Shown here in pieces: positions 41,993 to 52,853 of a stretch of 64,000 nt of DNA (positions within the stretch are counted from its first letter, which is position 1; each line of letters begins with the position of its first letter). The stretch spans positions 18,290,001 to 18,354,000 of the forward strand of contig JBHGNT010000008.1 of assembly GCA_043228905.1 (NCBI GenBank), given 5' to 3'. The notes beneath the pieces are model-generated. The model was not told the DNA's origin, did not search any database, and saw only the letters and a program-made list of their open reading frames with translations. A program made the position numbers and the translations under genes. This DNA comes from Azolla caroliniana (taxonomy: Eukaryota; Plantae; Polypodiophyta).

Positions 41993-44900
41993 GGATGACA
42001 CTATCCCCCCTTTAAAACGACGAGTGTTATGAATCGTTTTGGATTGGGGACCCGGTTTGTTTGGATATTGACGATGGAAGTTTTCAAGAAGAGCACGAGC
42101 ATTGGTCACATTCTCTATTGGTTCCCAAGTACGCTCGTTGGGACTATATCCTAGCCAATCGACTAAATAGTAGAGCTTGTTGCGAACAATCTTGGAATCG
42201 AGGATGGCGGCAACCTCGTACTCAAGTCCATCTTCAAGCTCGATCAAGGGTGGAGGTTGTTTAATACGACTTGGGATGGTGCTGTCTTGATAGGGTTTGA
42301 GGAGAGAAGTATGAAACACCGGATGTATCCGAAGTTGTGGAGGTAGATCGAGACGAAAAGCGACATCATTAATTTTTCCAATAATACGTAAAGGACCTAA
42401 TCGCCGGTAATCCAACTTCTCACATGGGCGAGTAGTCTTGATGTGTCGTCGTAGTAGCCACACCAGATCTCCAATGTCAAAAGGGGATGGAAACCGATGG
42501 CGATCCGCATAAACCTTGTGTGTTTGTTGAGCTTGTTGTAGATGAGTAGATAAATCTACATGTATCTTAGGTAGCTACTCCAAACGATCCTCTACACAAG
42601 GATTTGTAGGTAACTCTAGGGTTTCAAATACACACCACGGGGGTGACAACCCGTGTAAGCATAAAATGGTGTCACCTTTGTTGATGAGTGGATAGAGTTA
42701 TTATACGCAAATTCGGCGAAGTGGAGAATATCCGCCCAATCATCTTGATGATAGCTTAAAAAGCACCGAAGATACTACTCCAACGTTTGATTTGTTTGTT
42801 CTGCTTGGTCGTCTGTTTGTGGGTGGTAGCCGGAGGAGAGGTTACAAGTGAACTTAAGCATTTTTAAGAGGTGCTTCCAGAACTTCAAGACGAACTAGGG
42901 TCCATGGTGGCTGATGATACTATCAGGAAGGCCATGATGCCGACATACTTCACACATGACAATTTCGACGGTTTCTTCACTAGAGATTTTCTTAGTACAT
43001 GGCAAGAAATGGGTCATCTTCGTATATCTATCTACTACTATTAAGATCGCATCGAATCCCTTAGAGACCAGAAGATCTGTGATGAAATCTATGGCAATGG
43101 ATTGCCATGGCTTGCTTGGAATTGGTAATGGTTCTAATAAACCATACGGATGATGCCTTGACATTTTTGCTCTGTAACATGTATCACAAGTCTGAACAAA
43201 ATCTTCGACAAATTGTCGCATATGGGGCCACCAAAATGATCGTTGTACTAAATCTAGTGTTTTAGTGCTACCAAAATGCCCAGTTGTATATGTGTCATGA
43301 CAGTTTTGGACTACTTGAAGGCGACAAGTACCATTAGGAACATACAAGAGTTTCTTAAAGAATAGTAATTCATCATGACATTCGAATTGTCGATGGTCCA
43401 TACCTAGTTGTTGCGACTATGAACAAGATGCTCGAGAGGGATCAATTTGTGCTAGAATGGCTTGAGCGAAAACATCTGTCTTCAAGTCCTCATGTATGGT
43501 ATTGATAACGTGGGAATCCAAGGGCATACCGAAGACCTACGTTGCTTGCAGTCGTGCCGGTCCCAAGATTACTTGGTTTTGGTTATCGAAAGCTAGCTTG
43601 TCGAGACGCGGTGCTAGATACGAACGCCGTGATAATGCATCTACCTTCCCTTGTTGCTTCCCCGGACGATATGTAATTTCGAAGTCGAAACGAGGAATTG
43701 GGCCCACCGAGCTTGACGTCGATTTAACACACGAGCATTCTGAAAGTAGGCAAGGTTTTTGTGATCACTGAATACGATGACTTGATGAGAAGACCCCTCT
43801 AGAAAATGCCTCCATTGCGTAAAAGAGTCCACTATTGCTAATAGCTCTGTATCATGAATTTCATAGTTGATTTCCGCAGCGTCAAACTTGTGTGAATGGG
43901 AAGCCACAAGATGTAGCTTTTCATCATCGCCTTGTTGAGACAAAATGCTACCCAAGGCGAAATCTGACGCGTCTACTTCAATGATTAATGGTTTTTCTGG
44001 ATCAACGTGATTTAAAATAGGAGCTGATGTAAATGCCTTCTTAAGACTCTCAAAAGCAATGTTCGCTTCTTCAGACCAAACGAACAATTTTCCCTTCCTA
44101 GTAAGTTGTGTGAGAGGCAGAACAAGCTTTGAGTAATCCTGTATGAACTTGCGGTAAAAATTGGCAAAGCCTAAAAAGCATTGCACATCTCGCAACAAAC
44201 ATGGAGTCTACCACTCTACCACTGTTTTGACCTTAGCTGGATCCATGGAGATGCTTTTCGAGGAAATGACATAGCCCAAAAATTCTACCTGGTTGCACCC
44301 GAAACTACATTTTTCCAGTTTTGCATAAAGACCATGTTCTCGAAGTTCTTTTAGTACTAACAGTACATGAGAATCATGCTCTTCTTGGGTCTTCAAATAA
44401 ACCAGTAGATCATCCAAATAGATGATCAAAAACTCATCCAAGAGATCTCGGAATATATCATTTGCCATGTGCTGGAAGACTGCTGGTGCTTTAGTGAGGC
44501 CGAATAGCATGACCGTATACTCGAAGTGCCCATATCTGGTGCGAAACGCAATCTTCCATTCATCTCCTAGTCAGATTTGTACGAGGTTATACGCTCCTCG
44601 TAAGTTGATCTTTGTGAAGAACCCTGCACCATTTATCCGTTCTAAAAGACTTGCGATAAGGGGAAGTGCATACCTATTCCTGACGGTGACTTTATTCAAC
44701 CCACGGTAATCTACGACGAGACGAAGTGATCCATCCTTTTTCTTGACGAAGAAAATGGGTGTGTCGGCTGGAGATTTTGAATGTCAAATGAAACCATTTG
44801 CCAAATTCTCCTCTATTAGGCTCGAAGGACTTCTAGCTCGATTGGTGACAAATTGTAGATCAGTCCCCATGGTGGCTCTTTTCCCGGTTGTAAATCAATG

Positions 44901-45493
44901 GGGCAATCATACGGTCGATGGTGAGGAAGCGTTGTCGTGCCTTTCGGCTCCGGATCGTTTGCGTGAGTCGGGTGGGAACCACTGGGGTTTTGGACTAGGA
45001 AGAAGAGAGTTTTAAGGCTAATAAGAATATAAATATGTTGTAAGAAAGAGTTATAGCAAACTCGTGAATCCCACGAGTGTATTGTATTAGATTAATCAAT
45101 ATGAATATAAGAATATAAACTTCGGTTGAAAGAGAATGATATAGAATTCTCGTGAATCCCACGAGTATAGTTTATTAATTGGTGTTTTTTAGAAACATAT
45201 CTAGTTTCCAAATATTTTTCACACACAATTACATTGTGCTCCCCATCCTTATGTAGTGATGAGGAAGTCTTAGTAATCCATGCTTTTTCTCTAACTATAG
45301 ACCCCATGCTTTTCCTATAGATAGACTATATGCTTTATCTAAAGTGATCATGCTTTTTTCTAACTTGTGCGTTTTTTATCATGCACGCTAGATGTGTATG
45401 TGTAGCTTTTTCTTTTGTTATGCATTTTTCTAATGTTTATCCTAGCGTGAATTTACCTTTCTATGAGGGACATCTATGCTTTAACACTAATGA

Positions 45494-45563
45494 AATGCTA
45501 GTGTAATGGTAAGACATTACATTATTAACATGGAGGTGCAAGGTTCGAATCTTGCCCTATGCA
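45494..45563 (+). promoter_or_regulatory. tRNA-like Pol III A/B-box cassette in the LTR (also at 48078-48147 and 50662-50731)
   Basis: A box TAGTGTAATGG at 45499, B box GGTTCGAATC at 45542, GCAAG/CTTGC hairpin, T runs downstream. Confidence 0.6.
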
Positions 45564-46023
45564 TGTTCCATTTATTTTGCTATTTTCTTCTATTTCTTCA
45601 TTTTTTTATTGAATCTAATACTATATACGTTTTTCACGTAGTGTACAAAATACACTACGACACTCACCCCCTCCAAACCCGCACATCCTCCGGTATGTGC
45701 CGAAGTTGTTGGTGTTTGTTAGTCTCCTCCGTTCGGTCTCTACCTGATTGGTTTCGTTGCCGGCTCGTAGTACCCTCGACTTCTCTTGTTATGTTGACTT
45801 TGTCTCTCCATTTGGAGCACATCCATTCTTTCCACCCGAACCATTGTCGACATCCGATCCACCATAGTCTTCGTTCGCTTTTTGCATGGCCCGCTTGGTC
45901 CTTGTCATCCGCGGTAGTATCTTTTCTTGCCCTCTTTCTTTTCTTCATCAATCTCGACTTCTTTTCGGATTTTCGGTTTAGTCGGATTAGCTTACTTCCG
46001 ATTCGGTCTCGTCGGATCGTCTT

Positions 46024-47478
46024 TCATTTAGTTCGGCTTCCTTTCCGATTTGTATTCGGTCGATCCGGACTCGGTTGATCGGTTTTTACCGATTCAGTGC
46101 TCTTTCGGGTCGGTTTCTTTTCTTTTCTTTTCGTCCGGATTTGCTTTCTTTTCTTCGTTTTCACCAGCCTTGTCCGGTTCGACTTTCTTTCGGATCGGAA
46201 TCCCGTCCGGATCACCTTCCATCCAAACTGGCTTCCGACTTTACCTTTCTTGCTGCCACCTCCCGTCTCTCCGGTCTCACGTTGGTTCTCGGACACAACC
46301 GCCGAAGTCTCTAGAATTAGTGGGTAGGAATCCTCGGTATTATCATCCTCCATTGTTTCACCCATAGCCATATTCTCGGCTATCTCTCCGTCGTATGCAT
46401 CGACTACGACCTTTGTTTTCTCTCCGCCACCTTCCGTCTCTTCGGTCTCACGTTGCCTTTCGAACGCAACCGCCGGAGTCTCTAGAATCAGTGGTGGGGA
46501 AGTCTCGATATGGCCATCCGTCGTTGATTCGTCCATAGCCACCTTCGATTCGATGTCATGTTTCGTGGCGACCTCCTCAATCAAGTCCTCCTTGCTCTCT
46601 TTCACTGCATCAATTATGCAAACATCAATTATGCTTACCCCTTTTTCACCCGATGTTTCAGACACTTGTATTCCGAAATCTTCTTCTACACTTGGGTTAT
46701 CGGCCTTATCCTTCGCCGTCGTTCTTTCGCAAGACAAGAGGGTAGCTTGTTTTACACCCTCTTCTGTCGCACCATCATGTTGTATTTCAGCCTTCATATC
46801 GGCTCCATCGTTTGTCTTCAATCGACCATCCTTCATCGGCCATGTCGTTGACAAGATTCTCATCTTCCTCTCATCATGTCTCCGGCATACCCTTTCGACT
46901 TTAGCCCAATCCTCGGTAAGACCATTCGCACCGTCATCGTCTTCGAGTTCAATCCCGATGTCCTTCCTTTCTTTCCGATCAATCGATCTTACGAACATTA
47001 GGACTTTGTCCTCCCCCACCAATCTTTGTTCTTGCTCCGAGAGTCGCGCAAAACGATGCTCGAACTCTAGGAATGCTTGTGTTGCACTTTGGTGGGTCTT
47101 CTCCGATGCCACCCATTCGTCGAATTTTCGCCGATCTTGTCCCTTTGATCTCTTGTAATCATATGCCTCTCGTAAAGCTTCTTCGAATGACCCCCATGTC
47201 GAGTTTTGTTGCCGTATCTTGTGGATTCTCTCTTGTAGCTCATCCGTGGCCACCCGATTGAAGGATGTCACTTGCAATCCTTCCGGTATCCCACATCGTA
47301 TCATCTCCGCCTTGTAGTCACATAGATAGCGTGACACATCGTTTCCGTTGAATTGTCTGTTTCGTTGTACGAGCCGCTTTACTGCCCCCGTGATCTCCGA
47401 CATCACTCGTTGTTCTTGTAGAATCCGCTCGAACATCATCATCATCGTTATGCTCATTGCCTCTTGTTGATTCTCCAT
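46024..47478 (-). CDS. Intact Gag-like protein (484 aa from first ATG), copy 1
   Basis: Uninterrupted ORF right after the PBS. Gag-like N-terminus (FNG..V..YL..Y; W..FEEAL..AY), acidic internal repeats, K/R-rich tail. No CCHC, PR, RT or INT. Confidence 0.7.
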   Translation of the reverse strand: MENQQEAMSITMMMMFERILQEQRVMSEITGAVKRLVQRNRQFNGNDVSRYLCDYKAEMIRCGIPEGLQVTSFNRVATDELQERIHKIRQQNSTWGSFEEALREAYDYKRSKGQDRRKFDEWVASEKTHQSATQAFLEFEHRFARLSEQEQRLVGEDKVLMFVRSIDRKERKDIGIELEDDDGANGLTEDWAKVERVCRRHDERKMRILSTTWPMKDGRLKTNDGADMKAEIQHDGATEEGVKQATLLSCERTTAKDKADNPSVEEDFGIQVSETSGEKGVSIIDVCIIDAVKESKEDLIEEVATKHDIESKVAMDESTTDGHIETSPPLILETPAVAFERQRETEETEGGGEKTKVVVDAYDGEIAENMAMGETMEDDNTEDSYPLILETSAVVSENQRETGETGGGSKKGKVGSQFGWKVIRTGFRSERKSNRTRLVKTKKRKQIRTKRKEKKPTRKSTESVKTDQPSPDRPNTNRKGSRTK

Positions 47479-48607
47479 CTCCTTGCCACCCGCCTTCACG
47501 TCGGGTTCACCAACTGTGTCGTGCCTTTCGGCTCCGGATCGTTTGCGTGAGTCGGGTGGGAACCACTGGGGTTTTGGACTAGGAAGAAGAGAGTTTTAAG
47601 GCTAATAAGAATATAAATATGTTGTAAGAAAGAGTTATAGCAAACTCGTGAATCCCACGAGTGTATTGTATTAGATTAATCAATATGAATATAAGAATAT
47701 AAACTTCGGTTGAAAGAGAATGATATAGAATTCTCGTGAATCCCACGAGTATAGTTTATTAATTGGTGTTTTTTAGAAACATATCTAGTTTCCAAATATT
47801 TTTCACACACAATTACATTGTGCTCCCCATCCTTATGTAGTGATGAGGAAGTCTTAGTAATCCATGCTTTTTCTCTAACTATAGACCCCATGCTTTTCCT
47901 ATAGATAGACTATATGCTTTATCTAAAGTGATCATGCTTTTTTCTAACTTGTGCGTTTTTTATCATGCACGCTAGATGTGTATGTGTAGCTTTTTCTTTT
48001 GTTATGCATTTTTCTAATGTTTATCCTAGCGTGAATTTACCTTTCTATGAGGGACATCTATGCTTTAACACTAATGAAATGCTAGTGTAATGGTAAGACA
48101 TTACATTATTAACATGGAGGTGCAAGGTTCGAATCTTGCCCTATGCATGTTCCATTTATTTTGCTATTTTCTTCTATTTCTTCATTTTTTTATTGAATCT
48201 AATACTATATACGTTTTTCACGTAGTGTACAAAATACACTACGACACTCACCCCCTCCAAACCCGCACATCCTCCGGTATGTGCCGAAGTTGTTGGTGTT
48301 TGTTAGTCTCCTCCGTTCGGTCTCTACCTGATTGGTTTCGTTGCCGGCTCGTAGTACCCTCGACTTCTCTTGTTATGTTGACTTTGTCTCTCCATTTGGA
48401 GCACATCCATTCTTTCCACCCGAACCATTGTCGACATCCGATCCACCATAGTCTTCGTTCGCTTTTTGCATGGCCCGCTTGGTCCTTGTCATCCGCGGTA
48501 GTATCTTTTCTTGCCCTCTTTCTTTTCTTCATCAATCTCGACTTCTTTTCGGATTTTCGGTTTAGTCGGATTAGCTTACTTCCGATTCGGTCTCGTCGGA
48601 TCGTCTT

Positions 48608-50062
48608 TCATTTAGTTCGGCTTCCTTTCCGATTTGTATTCGGTCGATCCGGACTCGGTTGATCGGTTTTTACCGATTCAGTGCTCTTTCGGGTCGGTTT
48701 CTTTTCTTTTCTTTTCGTCCGGATTTGCTTTCTTTTCTTCGTTTTCACCAGCCTTGTCCGGTTCGACTTTCTTTCGGATCGGAATCCCGTCCGGATCACC
48801 TTCCATCCAAACTGGCTTCCGACTTTACCTTTCTTGCTGCCACCTCCCGTCTCTCCGGTCTCACGTTGGTTCTCGGACACAACCGCCGAAGTCTCTAGAA
48901 TTAGTGGGTAGGAATCCTCGGTATTATCATCCTCCATTGTTTCACCCATAGCCATATTCTCGGCTATCTCTCCGTCGTATGCATCGACTACGACCTTTGT
49001 TTTCTCTCCGCCACCTTCCGTCTCTTCGGTCTCACGTTGCCTTTCGAACGCAACCGCCGGAGTCTCTAGAATCAGTGGTGGGGAAGTCTCGATATGGCCA
49101 TCCGTCGTTGATTCGTCCATAGCCACCTTCGATTCGATGTCATGTTTCGTGGCGACCTCCTCAATCAAGTCCTCCTTGCTCTCTTTCACTGCATCAATTA
49201 TGCAAACATCAATTATGCTTACCCCTTTTTCACCCGATGTTTCAGACACTTGTATTCCGAAATCTTCTTCTACACTTGGGTTATCGGCCTTATCCTTCGC
49301 CGTCGTTCTTTCGCAAGACAAGAGGGTAGCTTGTTTTACACCCTCTTCTGTCGCACCATCATGTTGTATTTCAGCCTTCATATCGGCTCCATCGTTTGTC
49401 TTCAATCGACCATCCTTCATCGGCCATGTCGTTGACAAGATTCTCATCTTCCTCTCATCATGTCTCCGGCATACCCTTTCGACTTTAGCCCAATCCTCGG
49501 TAAGACCATTCGCACCGTCATCGTCTTCGAGTTCAATCCCGATGTCCTTCCTTTCTTTCCGATCAATCGATCTTACGAACATTAGGACTTTGTCCTCCCC
49601 CACCAATCTTTGTTCTTGCTCCGAGAGTCGCGCAAAACGATGCTCGAACTCTAGGAATGCTTGTGTTGCACTTTGGTGGGTCTTCTCCGATGCCACCCAT
49701 TCGTCGAATTTTCGCCGATCTTGTCCCTTTGATCTCTTGTAATCATATGCCTCTCGTAAAGCTTCTTCGAATGACCCCCATGTCGAGTTTTGTTGCCGTA
49801 TCTTGTGGATTCTCTCTTGTAGCTCATCCGTGGCCACCCGATTGAAGGATGTCACTTGCAATCCTTCCGGTATCCCACATCGTATCATCTCCGCCTTGTA
49901 GTCACATAGATAGCGTGACACATCGTTTCCGTTGAATTGTCTGTTTCGTTGTACGAGCCGCTTTACTGCCCCCGTGATCTCCGACATCACTCGTTGTTCT
50001 TGTAGAATCCGCTCGAACATCATCATCATCGTTATGCTCATTGCCTCTTGTTGATTCTCCAT
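48608..50062 (-). CDS. Intact Gag-like protein, copy 2 (identical translation)
   Basis: Same protein as copy 1 in the ORF track, offset by 2584 bp. Confidence 0.7.
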   Translation of the reverse strand: MENQQEAMSITMMMMFERILQEQRVMSEITGAVKRLVQRNRQFNGNDVSRYLCDYKAEMIRCGIPEGLQVTSFNRVATDELQERIHKIRQQNSTWGSFEEALREAYDYKRSKGQDRRKFDEWVASEKTHQSATQAFLEFEHRFARLSEQEQRLVGEDKVLMFVRSIDRKERKDIGIELEDDDGANGLTEDWAKVERVCRRHDERKMRILSTTWPMKDGRLKTNDGADMKAEIQHDGATEEGVKQATLLSCERTTAKDKADNPSVEEDFGIQVSETSGEKGVSIIDVCIIDAVKESKEDLIEEVATKHDIESKVAMDESTTDGHIETSPPLILETPAVAFERQRETEETEGGGEKTKVVVDAYDGEIAENMAMGETMEDDNTEDSYPLILETSAVVSENQRETGETGGGSKKGKVGSQFGWKVIRTGFRSERKSNRTRLVKTKKRKQIRTKRKEKKPTRKSTESVKTDQPSPDRPNTNRKGSRTK

Positions 50063-51170
50063 CTCCTTGCCACCCGCCTTCACGTCGGGTTCACCAACTG
50101 TGTCGTGCCTTTCGGCTCCGGATCGTTTGCGTGAGTCGGGTGGGAACCACTGGGGTTTTGGACTAGGAAGAAGAGAGTTTTAAGGCTAATAAGAATATAA
50201 ATATGTTGTAAGAAAGAGTTATAGCAAACTCGTGAATCCCACGAGTGTATTGTATTAGATTAATCAATATGAATATAAGAATATAAACTTCGGTTGAAAG
50301 AGAATGATATAGAATTCTCGTGAATCCCACGAGTATAGTTTATTAATTGGTGTTTTTTAGAAACATATCTAGTTTCCAAATATTTTTCACACACAATTAC
50401 ATTGTGCTCCCCATCCTTATGTAGTGATGAGGAAGTCTTAGTAATCCATGCTTTTTCTCTAACTATAGACCCCATGCTTTTCCTATAGATAGACTATATG
50501 CTTTATCTAAAGTGATCATGCTTTTTTCTAACTTGTGCGTTTTTTATCATGCACGCTAGATGTGTATGTGTAGCTTTTTCTTTTGTTATGCATTTTTCTA
50601 ATGTTTATCCTAGCGTGAATTTACCTTTCTATGAGGGACATCTATGCTTTAACACTAATGAAATGCTAGTGTAATGGTAAGACATTACATTATTAACATG
50701 GAGGTGCAAGGTTCGAATCTTGCCCTATGCATGTTCCATTTATTTTGCTATTTTCTTCTATTTCTTCATTTTTTTATTGAATCTAATACTATATACGTTT
50801 TTCACGTAGTGTACAAAATACACTACGACAGCGTATTAGCTCGTACTTTATCGAACACATCGGCATAATGACGATACTTCTCTGGAAGTTGAACGGTGGA
50901 TTCCTCTTTATTGATACTAGAGGGGTTTGTTGATATTGCGAAGAGAAACATTTCTTCCTTGCATCCTTCCTCAGGCAACTAATGTAGCGAAATGGTTGCA
51001 ATCTTATGAGTAGATCCTCGGGTTTGTCGACACCATATTTCTCTTATTCTCCAATCTATGGCTGGGTTATGTAATTCGAACCATGGTAATCCCAAAACAA
51101 TGGGATGTTTTGGGATACTAATTATATTAAATGATATTACACATGCTAAGTTATCTAGGACAATATTAAT

Positions 51171-51203
51171 GGGTTTAGGGTTTAGGGTTTAGGGTTTAGG
51201 GTT
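51171..51203 (+). repeat. Interstitial telomeric repeat (TTTAGGG)4
   Basis: Four perfect copies at 51174-51201 inside the protease coding region. Confidence 0.9.
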
Positions 51204-52806
51204 CCCAGAAGCAATGGGACGACCATCAATGACTACTACAGAGGCTGGACATGGGAGTTTCTTTAGGGATATCTGATGAACTTGGGCAAAATTCCTATCC
51301 ATGAAGCAAGAGTTGGCTCTGGAATCTAAGAGTGCTAAGACATGTATTGGAGAAGTACTTTTAGTATTAACCATTACTTGAGATAAGAACACATTGCTAA
51401 CTTGCTTAGAGGAAATGAAACCACTAATGGGCTACATAGATCTAGGGTTGTCCAACCAAACGGCTCCTATTTTGGCTGGACTTAATCATTTAACTCTTCT
51501 TCCAGTTGACTAAGGATTTCAAATTTGTTTGAAAGGCTTGGGCTATTTGGACATGAGACACACCTAGAGGAAAAGACTCAGGTTTACTACTATTAATACT
51601 AGTGGTTATTTGATTTACCTACCTTTTCGGCCGATGGGGGCAGTTCACTACAATATGCCCCGGTCCACCGCAATAAAGACATAGTCTATTTGCCCTGCGT
51701 CGCTGCTTTTCTTCTTCCGATAGTGCTCCGCGACGACGTGTGGTGTCGATTTCCATTGGATTCTGAGTATTTGTTGGAGAGGTATTGAATGACTCCCTTG
51801 GGAAAGGCTTTGCTACGATTGAAGCGTAGGTGGGCTCCGATCTTCTCCGTGGCATTTGGAACTAACTTCGTTCGAAGAGCCGATTATCGCATCGCACCGC
51901 ACAATTGATTGCTTCTGTCAATGACTTTGGCTCCTCGGGGAAAGTTAAGAGTAAATCTTTAACATCATTATGTAGGCCAAAACGAAATTGTTCCATTAGT
52001 GCCTGGTCATCCCAGGGAATATCTGTGGCGAGAAGACGAAAATCCGCAACATAAACCAAGGTTGGCTGCTCACCTTGGCGCAATCTTCGGATTTTGTTGA
52101 TTGTTGTTCTAACACTGTCAATATCTCCAAAACAGGCTTTAAACTCGGTAATAAACTCTTCGAAATTATTTAACAAGGGAGAGCTTTTTTCTAACAAGGG
52201 GGCGAACCATGCCAAAGCCGTGCCACTAAGTAGAGTGCCTACTAGTCCCACTCGTGATGCATCGGTGGGATATTGAGAATGATGCATTTAAATGACTAAT
52301 CATACCTGATTAAGGAATCCTCTAAACTGCGATCGCGTTCCATCGAATTTCATGGGAAGGCCAAACTTGGGTTCTTTATGAATCCCTTGTGTATTGGGTC
52401 CTTGTTGTTGCATCGCTACTAAGGTTGCTTCGAGTTGTTGCACACGTACCACTAGTTCCCCATCTTGTTGTTGCGTCTGCTGCTTTTCTAAGGAGATTTT
52501 TTGAAGATCCCCCAAAGCAAGGAACTTCTCTTTCAAGCATTGCAGCTCTAAGAAAACGGATTGATATTCTTGAGCGCTAACAGTGGCCATAGTATGAGAG
52601 AAAAGAGGAATAAGATATTAGTATGAATGGAGGGAGAAGTAAGAAGATAAAGGAAGAGAAGGAAGGAGAGGAAATTTGGTTCAAATTGTCAGGAGCAGTA
52701 CTAAGACAGAGAAGTACTATCGGAAACAGTACTAAAACAGAGAAGGAATTAGTACTAAAAGATGAGGATTAGTAGTACTAAGGGTGGTGTAGAACTCTCA
52801 AGAGAA

Positions 52807-52848
<42 letters not shown>

Positions 52849-52853
52849 GATAC

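Larger units (their letters stand above)
44933..50830 (-). mobile_element. Tandem Gag-only (TR-GAG-like) LTR element: three 730-bp LTRs and two internal regions, period 2584 bp
   Basis: LTRs at 44933-45662, 47517-48246 and 50101-50830 (TGTCG...CGACA). Trp PBS at 47495-47512 and 50079-50096. PPT GGAGGGGGTGAG. TSD GCGT; removing the insert restores the host frame 'VRANTLPHHRPYDC'. Confidence 0.92.
41535..52853 (-). mobile_element. Tcn1-like chromovirus (gag, PR-RT-RH-INT-CHD), degenerate; hosts the 44933-50830 insertion; 5' LTR truncated
   Basis: Gag 'EPKFGLPMKFDGTRSQFRGFLNQV', CCHC 'CLYCGGPGHIVVNC', PR 'ALLDS', RT 'YLDD', RH 'EVDASD', chromodomain 'YEVAAILDS...YLVDWLGY...TWEP'. 3' LTR 41535-42000 plus PPT. 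5' LTR remnant at 52687-~52853. Confidence 0.92.

Noticed and set aside
45494-45563. Functional tRNA gene, possibly an ochre suppressor (loop TATTAAC has TTA in the centre)
   Set aside because: The acceptor stem does not pair, U33 is missing and the anticodon stem has a mismatch. It is only a promoter-like tRNA remnant.
45506-46078. 190-aa hydrophobic antisense ORF as an env-like gene (also 48090-48662)
   Set aside because: It starts inside the LTR, and its F/L/S richness mirrors the purine-rich opposite strand. There is no independent support.
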